Source of the DNA: Eubacteriales bacterium
GTDB taxonomy: Bacteria; Bacillota; Clostridia; Oscillospirales; SIG627
Reading direction: 5' to 3'
DNA: 61,863 nt
Assembly (NCBI GenBank): GCA_045655865.1
Contig: JAZOQB010000035.1
Coordinates: 1 to 61,863 of the forward strand
The translations under genes were made by a program, and so were the position numbers. A model generated the notes under the pieces. The model was not told the DNA's origin, searched no databases, and saw only the letters and a program-made list of their open reading frames with translations. Below, piece after piece: positions 38,083-46,707 of this stretch; positions within the stretch are counted from its first letter, which is position 1, and each line of letters opens with the position of its first letter.

Positions 38083-38155
38083 AGAACATGAAAGAGACAG
38101 GTTTCCTGTCTCTTTTTTCTTTTTGCGGGAGAGAAAAAATATTTTAATTCTGCTC

Positions 38156-38184
38156 TTGACAAAAACTGGTTTCTTGTGTATAAT
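38156..38184 (+). promoter_or_regulatory. sigma-A promoter of the rpsF operon
   Basis: TTGACA-17bp-TATAAT with TG. Confidence 0.8.
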
Positions 38185-38189
38185 TCCTC

Positions 38190-38262
38190 GATGTGTCATG
38201 GTAAATTCTCATGCCATGCCCCTTGCCCCTCGAAAGAGGGGACATATGTCCAAAAGGAGGAA
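38190..38262 (+). ncRNA. Probable S6:S18 ribosomal protein leader
   Basis: CCTTGC-CCCTC-GAAA-GAGGG...AAGGAGG: C-rich strand able to pair with the RBS plus an inner GNRA hairpin, directly upstream of rpsF. Confidence 0.6.
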
Positions 38263-38268
38263 AGCATA

Positions 38269-38565
38269 ATGGAAAAACTGAAAGGCAAGTACGAGACTGT
38301 TTTCATCGTGAATGCCGAACTTGGAGAAGAGAAGGTTCAGGAATTGGTTACCAAGTTCAAGGGTATGATCGAGACGAACGCTGTGGTGGAAAACACCGAC
38401 GAGTGGGGCAAGAGAAGACTTGCGTATCCCATTGAAGATGTCAATGACGGATACTATGTCATCATGCAGTACACCGCAGATCGTGATTTCCCCGTAGAGT
38501 TGGAAAGAGTCTTCCACATTACCGAGGGAATTCTCCGTTCCATGACCGTTCGCCTGGACGGCTAA
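38269..38565 (+). CDS. rpsF: 30S ribosomal protein S6
   Basis: YET.FI, WGKRRLAYPI, GYY; RBS AAGGAGG. Confidence 0.96.
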   Translation: MEKLKGKYETVFIVNAELGEEKVQELVTKFKGMIETNAVVENTDEWGKRRLAYPIEDVNDGYYVIMQYTADRDFPVELERVFHITEGILRSMTVRLDG

Positions 38566-38578
38566 AGGAGAAAAGAAA

Positions 38579-39019
38579 ATGGCAGCGTTTAACAAGGTGA
38601 TCCTGATCGGCAATCTGACCGCCGATCCGGAACTGAAGCAGACCCAGAGCGGGATTTCCGTCACCTCGTTCAGCATCGGCGTCAGCCGCAGCTACGCTTC
38701 CCGCAACGCGGAAAGCGGCCAACCCCAGTCCGACTTTTTCAACATTGTGGCTTGGAGAAACACCGCTGAATTTGTATCGAAGTATTTTCGCAAGGGTAGC
38801 TCGATTTTGGTCTGTGGCTCCCTTCAGAACAGAAGCTGGGTCGATCAAAATGGCCAGAAGCGTTATACCACCGAGGTGGTAGCGGAAGAAGTTCGTTTCG
38901 TGGACAGAAAGACTGACAGTTCTGCTCCTACACCCGGCGCCGTCCCCGCTCCTTACGGGGCCAGTCCGAAAGACGAGGCTTTTGAGGAAATGAGCGCCGA
39001 TGATGACCTTCCCTTTTAA
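38579..39019 (+). CDS. ssb: Single-stranded DNA-binding protein
   Basis: NKVILIGNLT.DPEL, C-terminal DDDLPF. Confidence 0.97.
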   Translation: MAAFNKVILIGNLTADPELKQTQSGISVTSFSIGVSRSYASRNAESGQPQSDFFNIVAWRNTAEFVSKYFRKGSSILVCGSLQNRSWVDQNGQKRYTTEVVAEEVRFVDRKTDSSAPTPGAVPAPYGASPKDEAFEEMSADDDLPF

Positions 39020-39044
39020 TTCAACTTTTACGGAGGAAAGATAA

Positions 39045-39284
39045 ATGGATAAAGAACAAAAGGCATTTAGACCGAAGAGAAAAAAGAAAGTGTGCGCTTT
39101 TTGCGCTGAAAAAGTAACTGTTATTGATTACAAGGATGCGGCAAAGCTTCGCAAGTTTGTTTCCGAGCGCTCCAAGATTCTTCCCAGAAGAATCACCGGA
39201 ACTTGCGCAAAGCATCAGAGAGAGCTGACCACCGCCATCAAGCGCGCCCGTCAGATTGCGGTTCTTCCCTATATCAGCGATTAA
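39045..39284 (+). CDS. rpsR: 30S ribosomal protein S18
   Basis: C.FC, IDYKD...LRKF.SER.KILPRR.TG.CAKHQR. Confidence 0.97.
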   Translation: MDKEQKAFRPKRKKKVCAFCAEKVTVIDYKDAAKLRKFVSERSKILPRRITGTCAKHQRELTTAIKRARQIAVLPYISD

Positions 39285-39305
39285 GCTTTTTCGAGGAACA
39301 GGAAA

Positions 39306-39746
39306 ATGGAAGTATTGATTACGGTTCTTTGCAGCATCATGATTTTGCTGGCTATCTTTTTGGTAGTAGCTGTTTTGATGCAGAGCGGAAAAGACAACCG
39401 ACTTTCCGGTACCATTGCCGGAGGCGCTGAGACCTTTTTCGGAAAGACCAAGGGTAAGACCATTGACCGTGCTCTTTCCAAAGCCACGACCATTGTTTCG
39501 ATCATTTTTGTGGTTTTGGTGCTGGTAGTTTATGTGCTCCAGGGAGTACAGAGCAAGAATAACATTCCAAGTTCTTCCGGAACCGGTTCCGGTTCTTCTT
39601 CCGGCGGCAGCAACGCTGCACAGACCGAAACAGTAGATGACAAAACCGCTACCGAAGAAGAATCCACTACAGATCCCACTACTGACTCGGATGGCGAATC
39701 CGACGAAGAAAATAAGTCTACAGAAAACACTGCACAACAGAATTGA
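39306..39746 (+). CDS. secG: Preprotein translocase subunit SecG with long acidic C-terminal tail
   Basis: VLMQSGK...LSG.I.GGAETFFGK.K....D..L.K.T; two TMs. Confidence 0.9.
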   Translation: MEVLITVLCSIMILLAIFLVVAVLMQSGKDNRLSGTIAGGAETFFGKTKGKTIDRALSKATTIVSIIFVVLVLVVYVLQGVQSKNNIPSSSGTGSGSSSGGSNAAQTETVDDKTATEEESTTDPTTDSDGESDEENKSTENTAQQN

Positions 39747-39781
39747 CGTTGAGCGCTGCGGCGCTTTTGGAGGTATGAAGA

Positions 39782-39967
39782 ATGGCAAAGTGTGAAATTT
39801 GCGGAAAGGGCGTTGCTTTCGGACAGAGAGTTTCCCATTCCCACAGAAGAACCAATCATGCATGGAAGCCCAATGTAAAGAAGGTTAGAGCCGTTGTGAA
39901 CGGTTCTCACACCCGTCTTTACGTTTGTGCCCACTGCTTGAGAAGCGGCAAGGTCGAGAGAGTTTAA
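39782..39967 (+). CDS. rpmB: 50S ribosomal protein L28
   Basis: CEICGKG...G..VSHSHR.T...WKPN...V...CLRSGKV. Confidence 0.96.
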   Translation: MAKCEICGKGVAFGQRVSHSHRRTNHAWKPNVKKVRAVVNGSHTRLYVCAHCLRSGKVERV

Positions 39968-40029
39968 GAAACAAGAAAGACCGTGTTTTTAAAACACGCA
40001 CAGCCGGTAAAAGAAGCAAAAACCAGCCG

Positions 40030-40067
40030 AACGGAGACACTTCGTAAAGAAGTTGTCTCCGTTTTTC
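40030..40067 (+). terminator. Terminator after rpmB
   Basis: AACGGAGACA...TGTCTCCGTT followed by T run. Confidence 0.6.
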
Positions 40068-40243
40068 TGTTTATAATCGGTTTTGCCGAAAAAGGAAAAA
40101 TGAAGAATTACGGGGAAAGATAAAAAAGTTACGGTATCTTTGAGTTGACAAAAGGGGGTGGTTATGAGATAATCGGGGTATAATATGCCGGGGAATGATA
40201 AAAACATTTTCTCTTGTCGGCCTTATGAAAAAGGAGCGGTACA

Positions 40244-42535
40244 ATGTATCAGTGCGAAAACCAGCAATATCGGTATGAAGTGCGTTTGATTGAAAAAGGC
40301 ATTGTTCGGGTGCGTATGGCACGCACCGGCGCCAATTATATTGAAACGCTGTTTTCTCGTTACCATGTAATCGAGGAAAAGGGCGACCTGAAAATGAAAA
40401 TGACCGATGAACCTGAGCGTTGCACTTTGACGGCGGACGATCTTTCCGTTGTCATTGACAAGGCCTCGGGCAAGGTTTGTCTTTCCGGGAAGACGGTATC
40501 TTTGACGGTCAAGATCTCCTGCAAAGAAGGCGGGCGTCAAGGAAACGAAGGATTTCGTCTGGAAATTCCCATGGATAAAGAAGAGCGCCTTTTCGGCCTG
40601 GGAGATGAATCCAGAAACCACATTGCTCGTCGGGGCACCAAATCCAGATTGGATATGTCCAATATTGCATCCTACGGCCCCATTCCTTATCTTATGAGTA
40701 CGGGTGGCTGGGGAATCCTGGTCAATTCCACTTATGCGCAAGACTATGATTTGGGCGCCACGGATCCCGATCAGATCGTAATGGACATACCGGAAGGCAG
40801 TGCGGATTTCTATGTTTTCTTGCCGGAAAACGGAAAGCTGCCGGATATTATTCGCATGTACGCTAGCATTTCCGGTTTTCCCATCATGATGCCAAAATCT
40901 TTCTACGGCGTTACCTATATCATGAACGAAAGAAGCAATGCTCGGTATCTGTTGGATGACTGCTTGCGCTTCCGGGAACGTGATATTCCCTTGGATATGG
41001 TGAGCCTGGAGCCTAACTGGATGACCAAGTCTTACGATTACAGCACTGAAAAGGCTTGGGATCCCGAACGCTTTTTCATTCCTACCTGGGAACCGGTCAA
41101 CACCAGCAGCAAAGACACCTTTTTCTATCCTTTGCGCCAAATGGGATTCAAGCTCAGTCTTTGGCTTTGCATGAATTACGATCTGTTCTGGGAAGAGGAA
41201 AGAAAGATCGGTCAGCCTACCGAGCCTACTAATATCATCTATCCTTTTGGGGAAGATGCAATGATCAAGGATCCTCGCCTTGTCAATGCCAAATACGTGG
41301 ATAAGATCACCAAGCGTGACGAGGCTTGGTTCGAGCATTTGAAGAAATTTGTGGACAACGGCGTATCTGCCTTCAAATTGGATGCTTCCGCTCAAGTCCG
41401 TCACCATCCTGACAGACTCTGGGCGTGCAAGTTTACGGATAAAGAGGCCCACAACATTTATCCTGTCCTTTACGTTCGACAAATGCAAGAGGGCTTTACG
41501 GAACACACCAATGGCCGCCGTGCGATTATTTTCACGCCTTGCTTGAGCGTGGGTACGCAGAAGCACGCTGCCAGCTGGTCAGGAGATACGGGCGGAGGAC
41601 CCAAAACGCTGGTTTCCATGCTCAATTTCGGTCTTTGCGGTCATAGCAATGTGGCCTGCGACATGGAAGATTCTCCTGCATCCATGCACTATGGTTTCCT
41701 TTCTCCTTGGTCGAAGTATTTTGGCTGGGATAACTGGAAACAGCCCTGGTATCTGGGTCAAGAAAAGGAGCAGCTATTCCGCAGATATGCAAAGCTTCGT
41801 AGCTCTCTGTTTCCGTACATCTATTCTATGTCTCACTACGCTGCCCAGACGGCTATGCCCGTGGCAAGAGCTTTGTGCCTGATGGATCAGGACAATCCTG
41901 CTTACGATGAAATCAAAAACGAATATTGGTTTGGCGACAAATTCCTGGTGGGAGCATTTGATATGCACCTGACCCTTCCCAGCGGTCGCTTTTACGATTA
42001 CTTTACCGGCGAAATCATCGAAGGCGGAAGAGAGATCGACTACCGTATTCCCGAAAACTGGGGCGGAGCGCTCTTTGTAAAAGAAGGGGCTATCTTTGTT
42101 ACCATGGAGCCCAGAAAGTATGTGGAAGAAAAAGTCTCCAATCACTATGATATCAACATTTACCACGGTAAAGATGACTCTTTTGTGATGGTGGATGACG
42201 ATGGCTACACCTATGATTACAAGTCGGGAGCTATGACGTGCACGCCTATGTCCATTGAGAACAGCAACGACAGTGGTTTTGACGTGGTTCTGGGGCGTCG
42301 CCAGGGTGAATTCTTTGGCCGTGAGCGCCGTCCTGACGCCATGCCCTCCGAGCCTGAGATTCCCGGAATGCCTTCGATGGAAGCCTTCCGTGTGGTGTTC
42401 CACACCTGCAAGCCCGCACAGGTTACCCTGGACGGAGAAGCCATCGCCCTCAAGGAAGAGGACGGTAAGACCGTGTTCGAAATCTCTGCGGAACTCCACG
42501 AGAAAAAAGACCTGCGCTTTGCAGTTCAACTGTAA
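40244..42535 (+). CDS. Glycoside hydrolase family 31 (alpha-glucosidase/xylosidase-like)
   Basis: FGLG, PYLMS..GWG, FRE.DIP.D, nucleophile FKLD, HN.YP..Y, acid/base WSGD, LR..L.PYIYS. Confidence 0.9.
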   Translation: MYQCENQQYRYEVRLIEKGIVRVRMARTGANYIETLFSRYHVIEEKGDLKMKMTDEPERCTLTADDLSVVIDKASGKVCLSGKTVSLTVKISCKEGGRQGNEGFRLEIPMDKEERLFGLGDESRNHIARRGTKSRLDMSNIASYGPIPYLMSTGGWGILVNSTYAQDYDLGATDPDQIVMDIPEGSADFYVFLPENGKLPDIIRMYASISGFPIMMPKSFYGVTYIMNERSNARYLLDDCLRFRERDIPLDMVSLEPNWMTKSYDYSTEKAWDPERFFIPTWEPVNTSSKDTFFYPLRQMGFKLSLWLCMNYDLFWEEERKIGQPTEPTNIIYPFGEDAMIKDPRLVNAKYVDKITKRDEAWFEHLKKFVDNGVSAFKLDASAQVRHHPDRLWACKFTDKEAHNIYPVLYVRQMQEGFTEHTNGRRAIIFTPCLSVGTQKHAASWSGDTGGGPKTLVSMLNFGLCGHSNVACDMEDSPASMHYGFLSPWSKYFGWDNWKQPWYLGQEKEQLFRRYAKLRSSLFPYIYSMSHYAAQTAMPVARALCLMDQDNPAYDEIKNEYWFGDKFLVGAFDMHLTLPSGRFYDYFTGEIIEGGREIDYRIPENWGGALFVKEGAIFVTMEPRKYVEEKVSNHYDINIYHGKDDSFVMVDDDGYTYDYKSGAMTCTPMSIENSNDSGFDVVLGRRQGEFFGRERRPDAMPSEPEIPGMPSMEAFRVVFHTCKPAQVTLDGEAIALKEEDGKTVFEISAELHEKKDLRFAVQL

Positions 42536-42539
42536 ACGA

Positions 42540-42573
42540 AAGATCCCACCCCGAAACGGGGTGGGATCTTTTC
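42540..42573. terminator. Bidirectional terminator
   Basis: AAGATCCCACCCCG-AAA-CGGGGTGGGATCTT. Confidence 0.75.
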
Positions 42574-42578
42574 CTGTT

Positions 42579-43619
42579 TTACTCTTTTACACTTTGCAGG
42601 ATACATACGGCAAGCAGAGGGAAGATGAGCATCCCGAAGAATCCGAAAAAGTAGAGGCCGCCCAGAACAAGAACCAGGGAAAGAACAGGATGAAGGCCGA
42701 TGGATGACCCTACGATCTTCGGTTCCGCGATCTGGCGGATGACCAAAACGATCAGATAAAGGATCAGAATTCCCAGCCCAAGACCGGTATTTTTGCTAAG
42801 CAAACAAAACAGAGCCCAGGGAATGAGTACGGTTCCGCAGCCTAAAACAGGAAGAATGTCCACGAAAGCGATGAAAAACGCTTTCCCGGCGGCACCCGGT
42901 ACCCGGATCAGAGCCAATCCCAGAAAAAGCTCGGAGAAGGTCAATAGAAAGAGGAGAAGATAGGCTTTTCCGTATTGTGCAAGAGCACGGAGAAAGAGCG
43001 ATTTTGTTTGGTGAAACCGGTCCAACTTTTCCGGGGAGATTTTTTTTGCGAAAAAATTGGAGAAGCGTTCTCCGTCGCAGGAAAAATAGTAAGTGCAGAT
43101 GAGAAAGATGAAAAGGGAAATGAAGAATCTTGGCACAAAACTTGCCACTTTTCCGATCCACTCCGGCGTCTTTTCCATCATCTTTTGAAGTAGAGAGCGA
43201 AACAGAGGAGGAAGATTTGCGCTGATGCTGTTTTGCAGATCCCTTTTGAAAAGATTGGAAAAAAAGCGTTCTACCGCTTGAACTTTTTCTTGGCAGAAGG
43301 AAAACATTTCGTCAAAATGAGCCGAGAGAAAATTGGAAAGGGAAGTGATGACCCGAATCAGCCGATCGGTCAGAAGAATGACCATCAATGATAATAGGGC
43401 GAAAAAAATCAAAAGGATCAAAATGATCAGGATCTTTTTGACCCCGGAGGAGAGTGGGCTGAGTCTTAAAAAGCTCTTGCGGATCAGCTCTGAAAAAATC
43501 AGCGCAAGTGCAATGGGAAAAATGAAAAAAAAGACGTGCCGGATTCCCCGATACAAGACCGCCACAGCGGCGGCGATGAGTAAAAAGTCAAAAAGTCGAT
43601 TCCTCCAACGAACGTTCAC
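42579..43619 (-). CDS. AI-2E-family transporter / sporulation membrane protein YtvI
   Basis: VDILPVLG.G..LIPW, RQI.EPKIVG.SIGLHP; GTG start after RBS GGGGAG (start approximate). Confidence 0.88.
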   Translation of the reverse strand: MNVRWRNRLFDFLLIAAAVAVLYRGIRHVFFFIFPIALALIFSELIRKSFLRLSPLSSGVKKILIILILLIFFALLSLMVILLTDRLIRVITSLSNFLSAHFDEMFSFCQEKVQAVERFFSNLFKRDLQNSISANLPPLFRSLLQKMMEKTPEWIGKVASFVPRFFISLFIFLICTYYFSCDGERFSNFFAKKISPEKLDRFHQTKSLFLRALAQYGKAYLLLFLLTFSELFLGLALIRVPGAAGKAFFIAFVDILPVLGCGTVLIPWALFCLLSKNTGLGLGILILYLIVLVIRQIAEPKIVGSSIGLHPVLSLVLVLGGLYFFGFFGMLIFPLLAVCILQSVKE

Positions 43620-43706
43620 GAGCACTCCCCCTTCTTTTCCATTATTTGCAGAAAAAAGAAAAGCTATACCAAAAAAGAACGGCAAAGCCGCTCTTTTTTT
43701 GGGGGA

Positions 43707-44330
43707 TCAGCGAATAAAATTGGTGCGAATGGGAGCCTCTTTTGGCGGAAATTCGATGCCTTTTTCTTTTCCTGCTTGAATGCAAGACAAAAGCCAGGCC
43801 ATGTTCCGACCCAGAGAGCGCATGATCTGAAGTCCCTCCAGGTCCTGTTCCACTTCCTCCGGACGGTTCCCGTGGACCATATTCCAGTACTGTCCGGAAA
43901 CGATGGGCATGGAGGAGATGGTAAAGTACTTGTTCATCTGATCGAAGGCGGCACTGGCGCCCCCTCTCCGACAGGAGAGGACTGCACAGACCGGTTTTCC
44001 CGCCAGACGCTTGCCGTAGGTATAAAAAAGACGGTCCATAAAGGAGATAATGGCGCCGCCCGGGGCTGCATAATGAACCGGCGATCCAAAGACCAGGCCA
44101 TCTGCCGCAAGGATTTCCGGAGCGTACGTGTTGACGGAATCATTTCGAACGCACCTTCCGGTTTTTCCGCAACTGCCGCAACCCAAACAACCGGGGATAG
44201 GATCCGTTCCCAACCAAAGAATTTGGCTGCTCACGCCTTCTTTTTCCAAGGTGTTGGCGATCTCTTGGAGGGCGCGGTGGGTGCATCCGTTTTGATGGGG
44301 GGAACCATTGATAAGGATAACTTTCATCAT
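43707..44330 (-). CDS. Flavodoxin-family / iron-sulfur flavoprotein
   Basis: INGSP...GCT, CLGCGSC....C, GSPVHY, SCRRGG. Confidence 0.9.
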   Translation of the reverse strand: MMKVILINGSPHQNGCTHRALQEIANTLEKEGVSSQILWLGTDPIPGCLGCGSCGKTGRCVRNDSVNTYAPEILAADGLVFGSPVHYAAPGGAIISFMDRLFYTYGKRLAGKPVCAVLSCRRGGASAAFDQMNKYFTISSMPIVSGQYWNMVHGNRPEEVEQDLEGLQIMRSLGRNMAWLLSCIQAGKEKGIEFPPKEAPIRTNFIR

Positions 44331-44514
44331 TCTTCACCTCTGAGTATTATATGCAAACAGTATAGCAGTTTCCACCATGTTTTTCAAGAATTGAAAAAGA
44401 ATCATTAAATTTTCTCAAAGAATTGTATTTTGTATTGTGATTTTTTTGAGAATGTGCTATAATCATCCTAAATATAGCATGAAAAATTGTGCCTTTTTGG
44501 AAAGGAACCGAAGC

Positions 44515-45183
44515 ATGGGGACATTGATCGTCATTGACGGATTAGACGGAAGCGGAAAAAACACGCAGTCCAAATGTTTATACGAAAGGCTTTTGAAAGA
44601 GGGAAGAAGGGTTCGTCTGGTATCTTTCCCCGATTATGAAAGCCCCGCTTGCGGCCCGGTAAAACTGTATTTGAGCGGCGCTTACGGGCAAGATCCGGAA
44701 GCGGTGAATTCTTATGCGGCCTCCGCTTTTTTTGCGGTGGACCGCTATGCTTCCTTTTCTTTGGATTGGAAAAAGGATTACGAAAAGGGCGCTATCATCA
44801 TCGCCAATCGCTATACTACCGCCAACGCCATCCATCAGTTGACTAAACTTGCACCGGAACAGCACGAGGCTTTTTTGGATTGGCTTTACGATTTTGAGTT
44901 TCAAAAGCTTGGACTGCCGGTTCCGGATTTGACGGTGCTGTTGCAGGTTCCGGTAGAAAAAAGTCTTGAGCTCATCGATCATAGGGGAGAGGAAAAGGAC
45001 ATCCACGAAAACAGGGATCATTTGGAAAAAGCGGCCCGTGCGGCTCGAGTTTGTGCCGAGAAGTGGAATTGGAAGGTGCTCTCCTGCATGAACGACCGAC
45101 AGGAAATGAATTCCGTGGAGACCATTGGAGATGCGGTATTTGATTTGGTTTCCTCGGTTTTGGAATCGGGAGAAAAAATATGA
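44515..45183 (+). CDS. tmk: Thymidylate kinase
   Basis: IDGLDGSGK.TQ, SFP.Y, DRY, NRY, LP.PD. Confidence 0.88.
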   Translation: MGTLIVIDGLDGSGKNTQSKCLYERLLKEGRRVRLVSFPDYESPACGPVKLYLSGAYGQDPEAVNSYAASAFFAVDRYASFSLDWKKDYEKGAIIIANRYTTANAIHQLTKLAPEQHEAFLDWLYDFEFQKLGLPVPDLTVLLQVPVEKSLELIDHRGEEKDIHENRDHLEKAARAARVCAEKWNWKVLSCMNDRQEMNSVETIGDAVFDLVSSVLESGEKI

Positions 45184-45731
45184 TAACGGTGTTTTTGGCA
45201 GAGGGATTTGAGGAGATCGAGGCGGTCACGCCGATTGATATCCTGCGCCGGGGAGGCGTTGACGTGCGCACCTGTAGCATTACCTCATCCCGTCTTGTCA
45301 CCGGTGCCCACGGCATCCCTTTTCAGGCCGACACGACCATCTCCGAGATTGACGGCCGGGAGGAGGGCATCCTTTTACCCGGAGGAATGCCCGGTACCTT
45401 GCATTTAAAGGCCAGCGCTCCTTTGCGCCAAAGGATCCTATCTTGCCATCAAAACGGCGGTCTTGTTGCGGCCATATGCGCAGCTCCCACGGTGCTGGGT
45501 GATCTTGGAATCTTAAAGGACCGGACCGCAACCTGTTACCCGGGTATGGAAAAAGAATTGTTTTGCGCCCATCCTTCTCAGGAGCCTGTCGTGGTATCGG
45601 GAAACATCATTACTTCCCGGGGCGCGGGAACGGCTTCTTTGTTTGCTTTTCGCATTCTTTCTATGCTAAAAGGGGAAGAGTGTGCCAGAGACCTTGCCCG
45701 AGCCATGGTTTACAAGGGGGAGTTGTTTTGA
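45180..45731 (+). CDS. DJ-1/PfpI-family (YajL/ThiJ-like) glyoxalase
   Basis: GFEEIEA...D.LRR, LPGGMPG, AAICAAP, TCYPG, TSRG.GT. Confidence 0.93.
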   Translation: MITVFLAEGFEEIEAVTPIDILRRGGVDVRTCSITSSRLVTGAHGIPFQADTTISEIDGREEGILLPGGMPGTLHLKASAPLRQRILSCHQNGGLVAAICAAPTVLGDLGILKDRTATCYPGMEKELFCAHPSQEPVVVSGNIITSRGAGTASLFAFRILSMLKGEECARDLARAMVYKGELF

Positions 45732-46696
45732 AACTGAAATCCAGTCTTTACGCTCCGATTCTGTTTGGAGTGATCTTGATTCTGGCCGGCATGATGGCGC
45801 CCCTGACCACCTTGCTGCAAAGGGTCTCTCAAGAGCCCTTTTTATCTACCGCCATCATTCAGCTTCTGGTGTACCTTTTGCCCTTGGCTTTTTACTGCCG
45901 GGTGCGGGGACTGAATTTGCTGTCTACCCTGAAATTTAGGTATGTAACACCAAAGAAGATCCCCTTTCTTGTGGTAACCGTTCTGATTTTTGTCACCGGC
46001 ACCACAATTCTTCGCTATTTTGGCCTGTTCTTTTTCAACGGCGCCTTTGTTGATACTCCTGCTGCCGTATACGTACCGCTGGAGAGTGAAAACGGTTTCT
46101 TGATCGCTTTGTGCGGCATTGTTCTTCCTGCGATTTTGGAAGAGTTGGTATTTCGTGGGGTCTTGCTTGAGGAGTATCGCTCTTACGGATCTTGTTGGGC
46201 GGTTGGAATGAGTGCGGTTCTTTTTGCATTGATCCACGCTTCTCTGGAAAACTTTTTCTTTTATTTGTTTTTCGGTTTGATCCTGGGGGTGATGACGGTA
46301 TTTGCCGATTCTATCGTTCCCGGAATTGTTCTCCAGATCCTGATGAACGCTTCTTACTTTTATTTTCGTCCCGGAGTGGTGGAGTATTTGCGGCAAGCGG
46401 GTAAAAGCCCTCTTTTGCCCTATCTTCTCCTTGCATTTTTCCTTTTGCTTTTTGTCATTCTCTTTGCTCGTCTGCAGACTATCTATCAGGACAAAGCGTA
46501 TGAAGAAATGTTTCAAAGCCGAAAAGAGCTTCTGCGCCAAGAGATAGAACGTGCTCGGAGCGCTCGGGAAGAAGCAAAGCAGGAAACTCGGTCTGCTACG
46601 TTTTTCTCTGTGTTTAAGGAACTGTACTTGTCTCCCACGTTTCTTCTGTCTTGTGCCGTTTTTCTGTGTTTGGCACTGGGAATTTTTGAGAAATAA
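45728..46696 (+). CDS. CPBP-family intramembrane glutamic endopeptidase
   Basis: PAILEELVFRG, FALIH; multiple TMs; TTG start after AAGGGGAG. Confidence 0.85.
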   Translation: MKLKSSLYAPILFGVILILAGMMAPLTTLLQRVSQEPFLSTAIIQLLVYLLPLAFYCRVRGLNLLSTLKFRYVTPKKIPFLVVTVLIFVTGTTILRYFGLFFFNGAFVDTPAAVYVPLESENGFLIALCGIVLPAILEELVFRGVLLEEYRSYGSCWAVGMSAVLFALIHASLENFFFYLFFGLILGVMTVFADSIVPGIVLQILMNASYFYFRPGVVEYLRQAGKSPLLPYLLLAFFLLLFVILFARLQTIYQDKAYEEMFQSRKELLRQEIERARSAREEAKQETRSATFFSVFKELYLSPTFLLSCAVFLCLALGIFEK

Positions 46697-46707
46697 GAGG
46701 TTTTTAA

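Noticed and set aside
40223..41566. 447-aa antisense ORF, and similar long ORFs at 16556-17458, 22565-23458, 45842-46864, 49972-50958, 55749-56606 and 60151-61212
   Set aside because: All lie opposite well-supported genes and show no recognisable motifs; typical shadow ORFs
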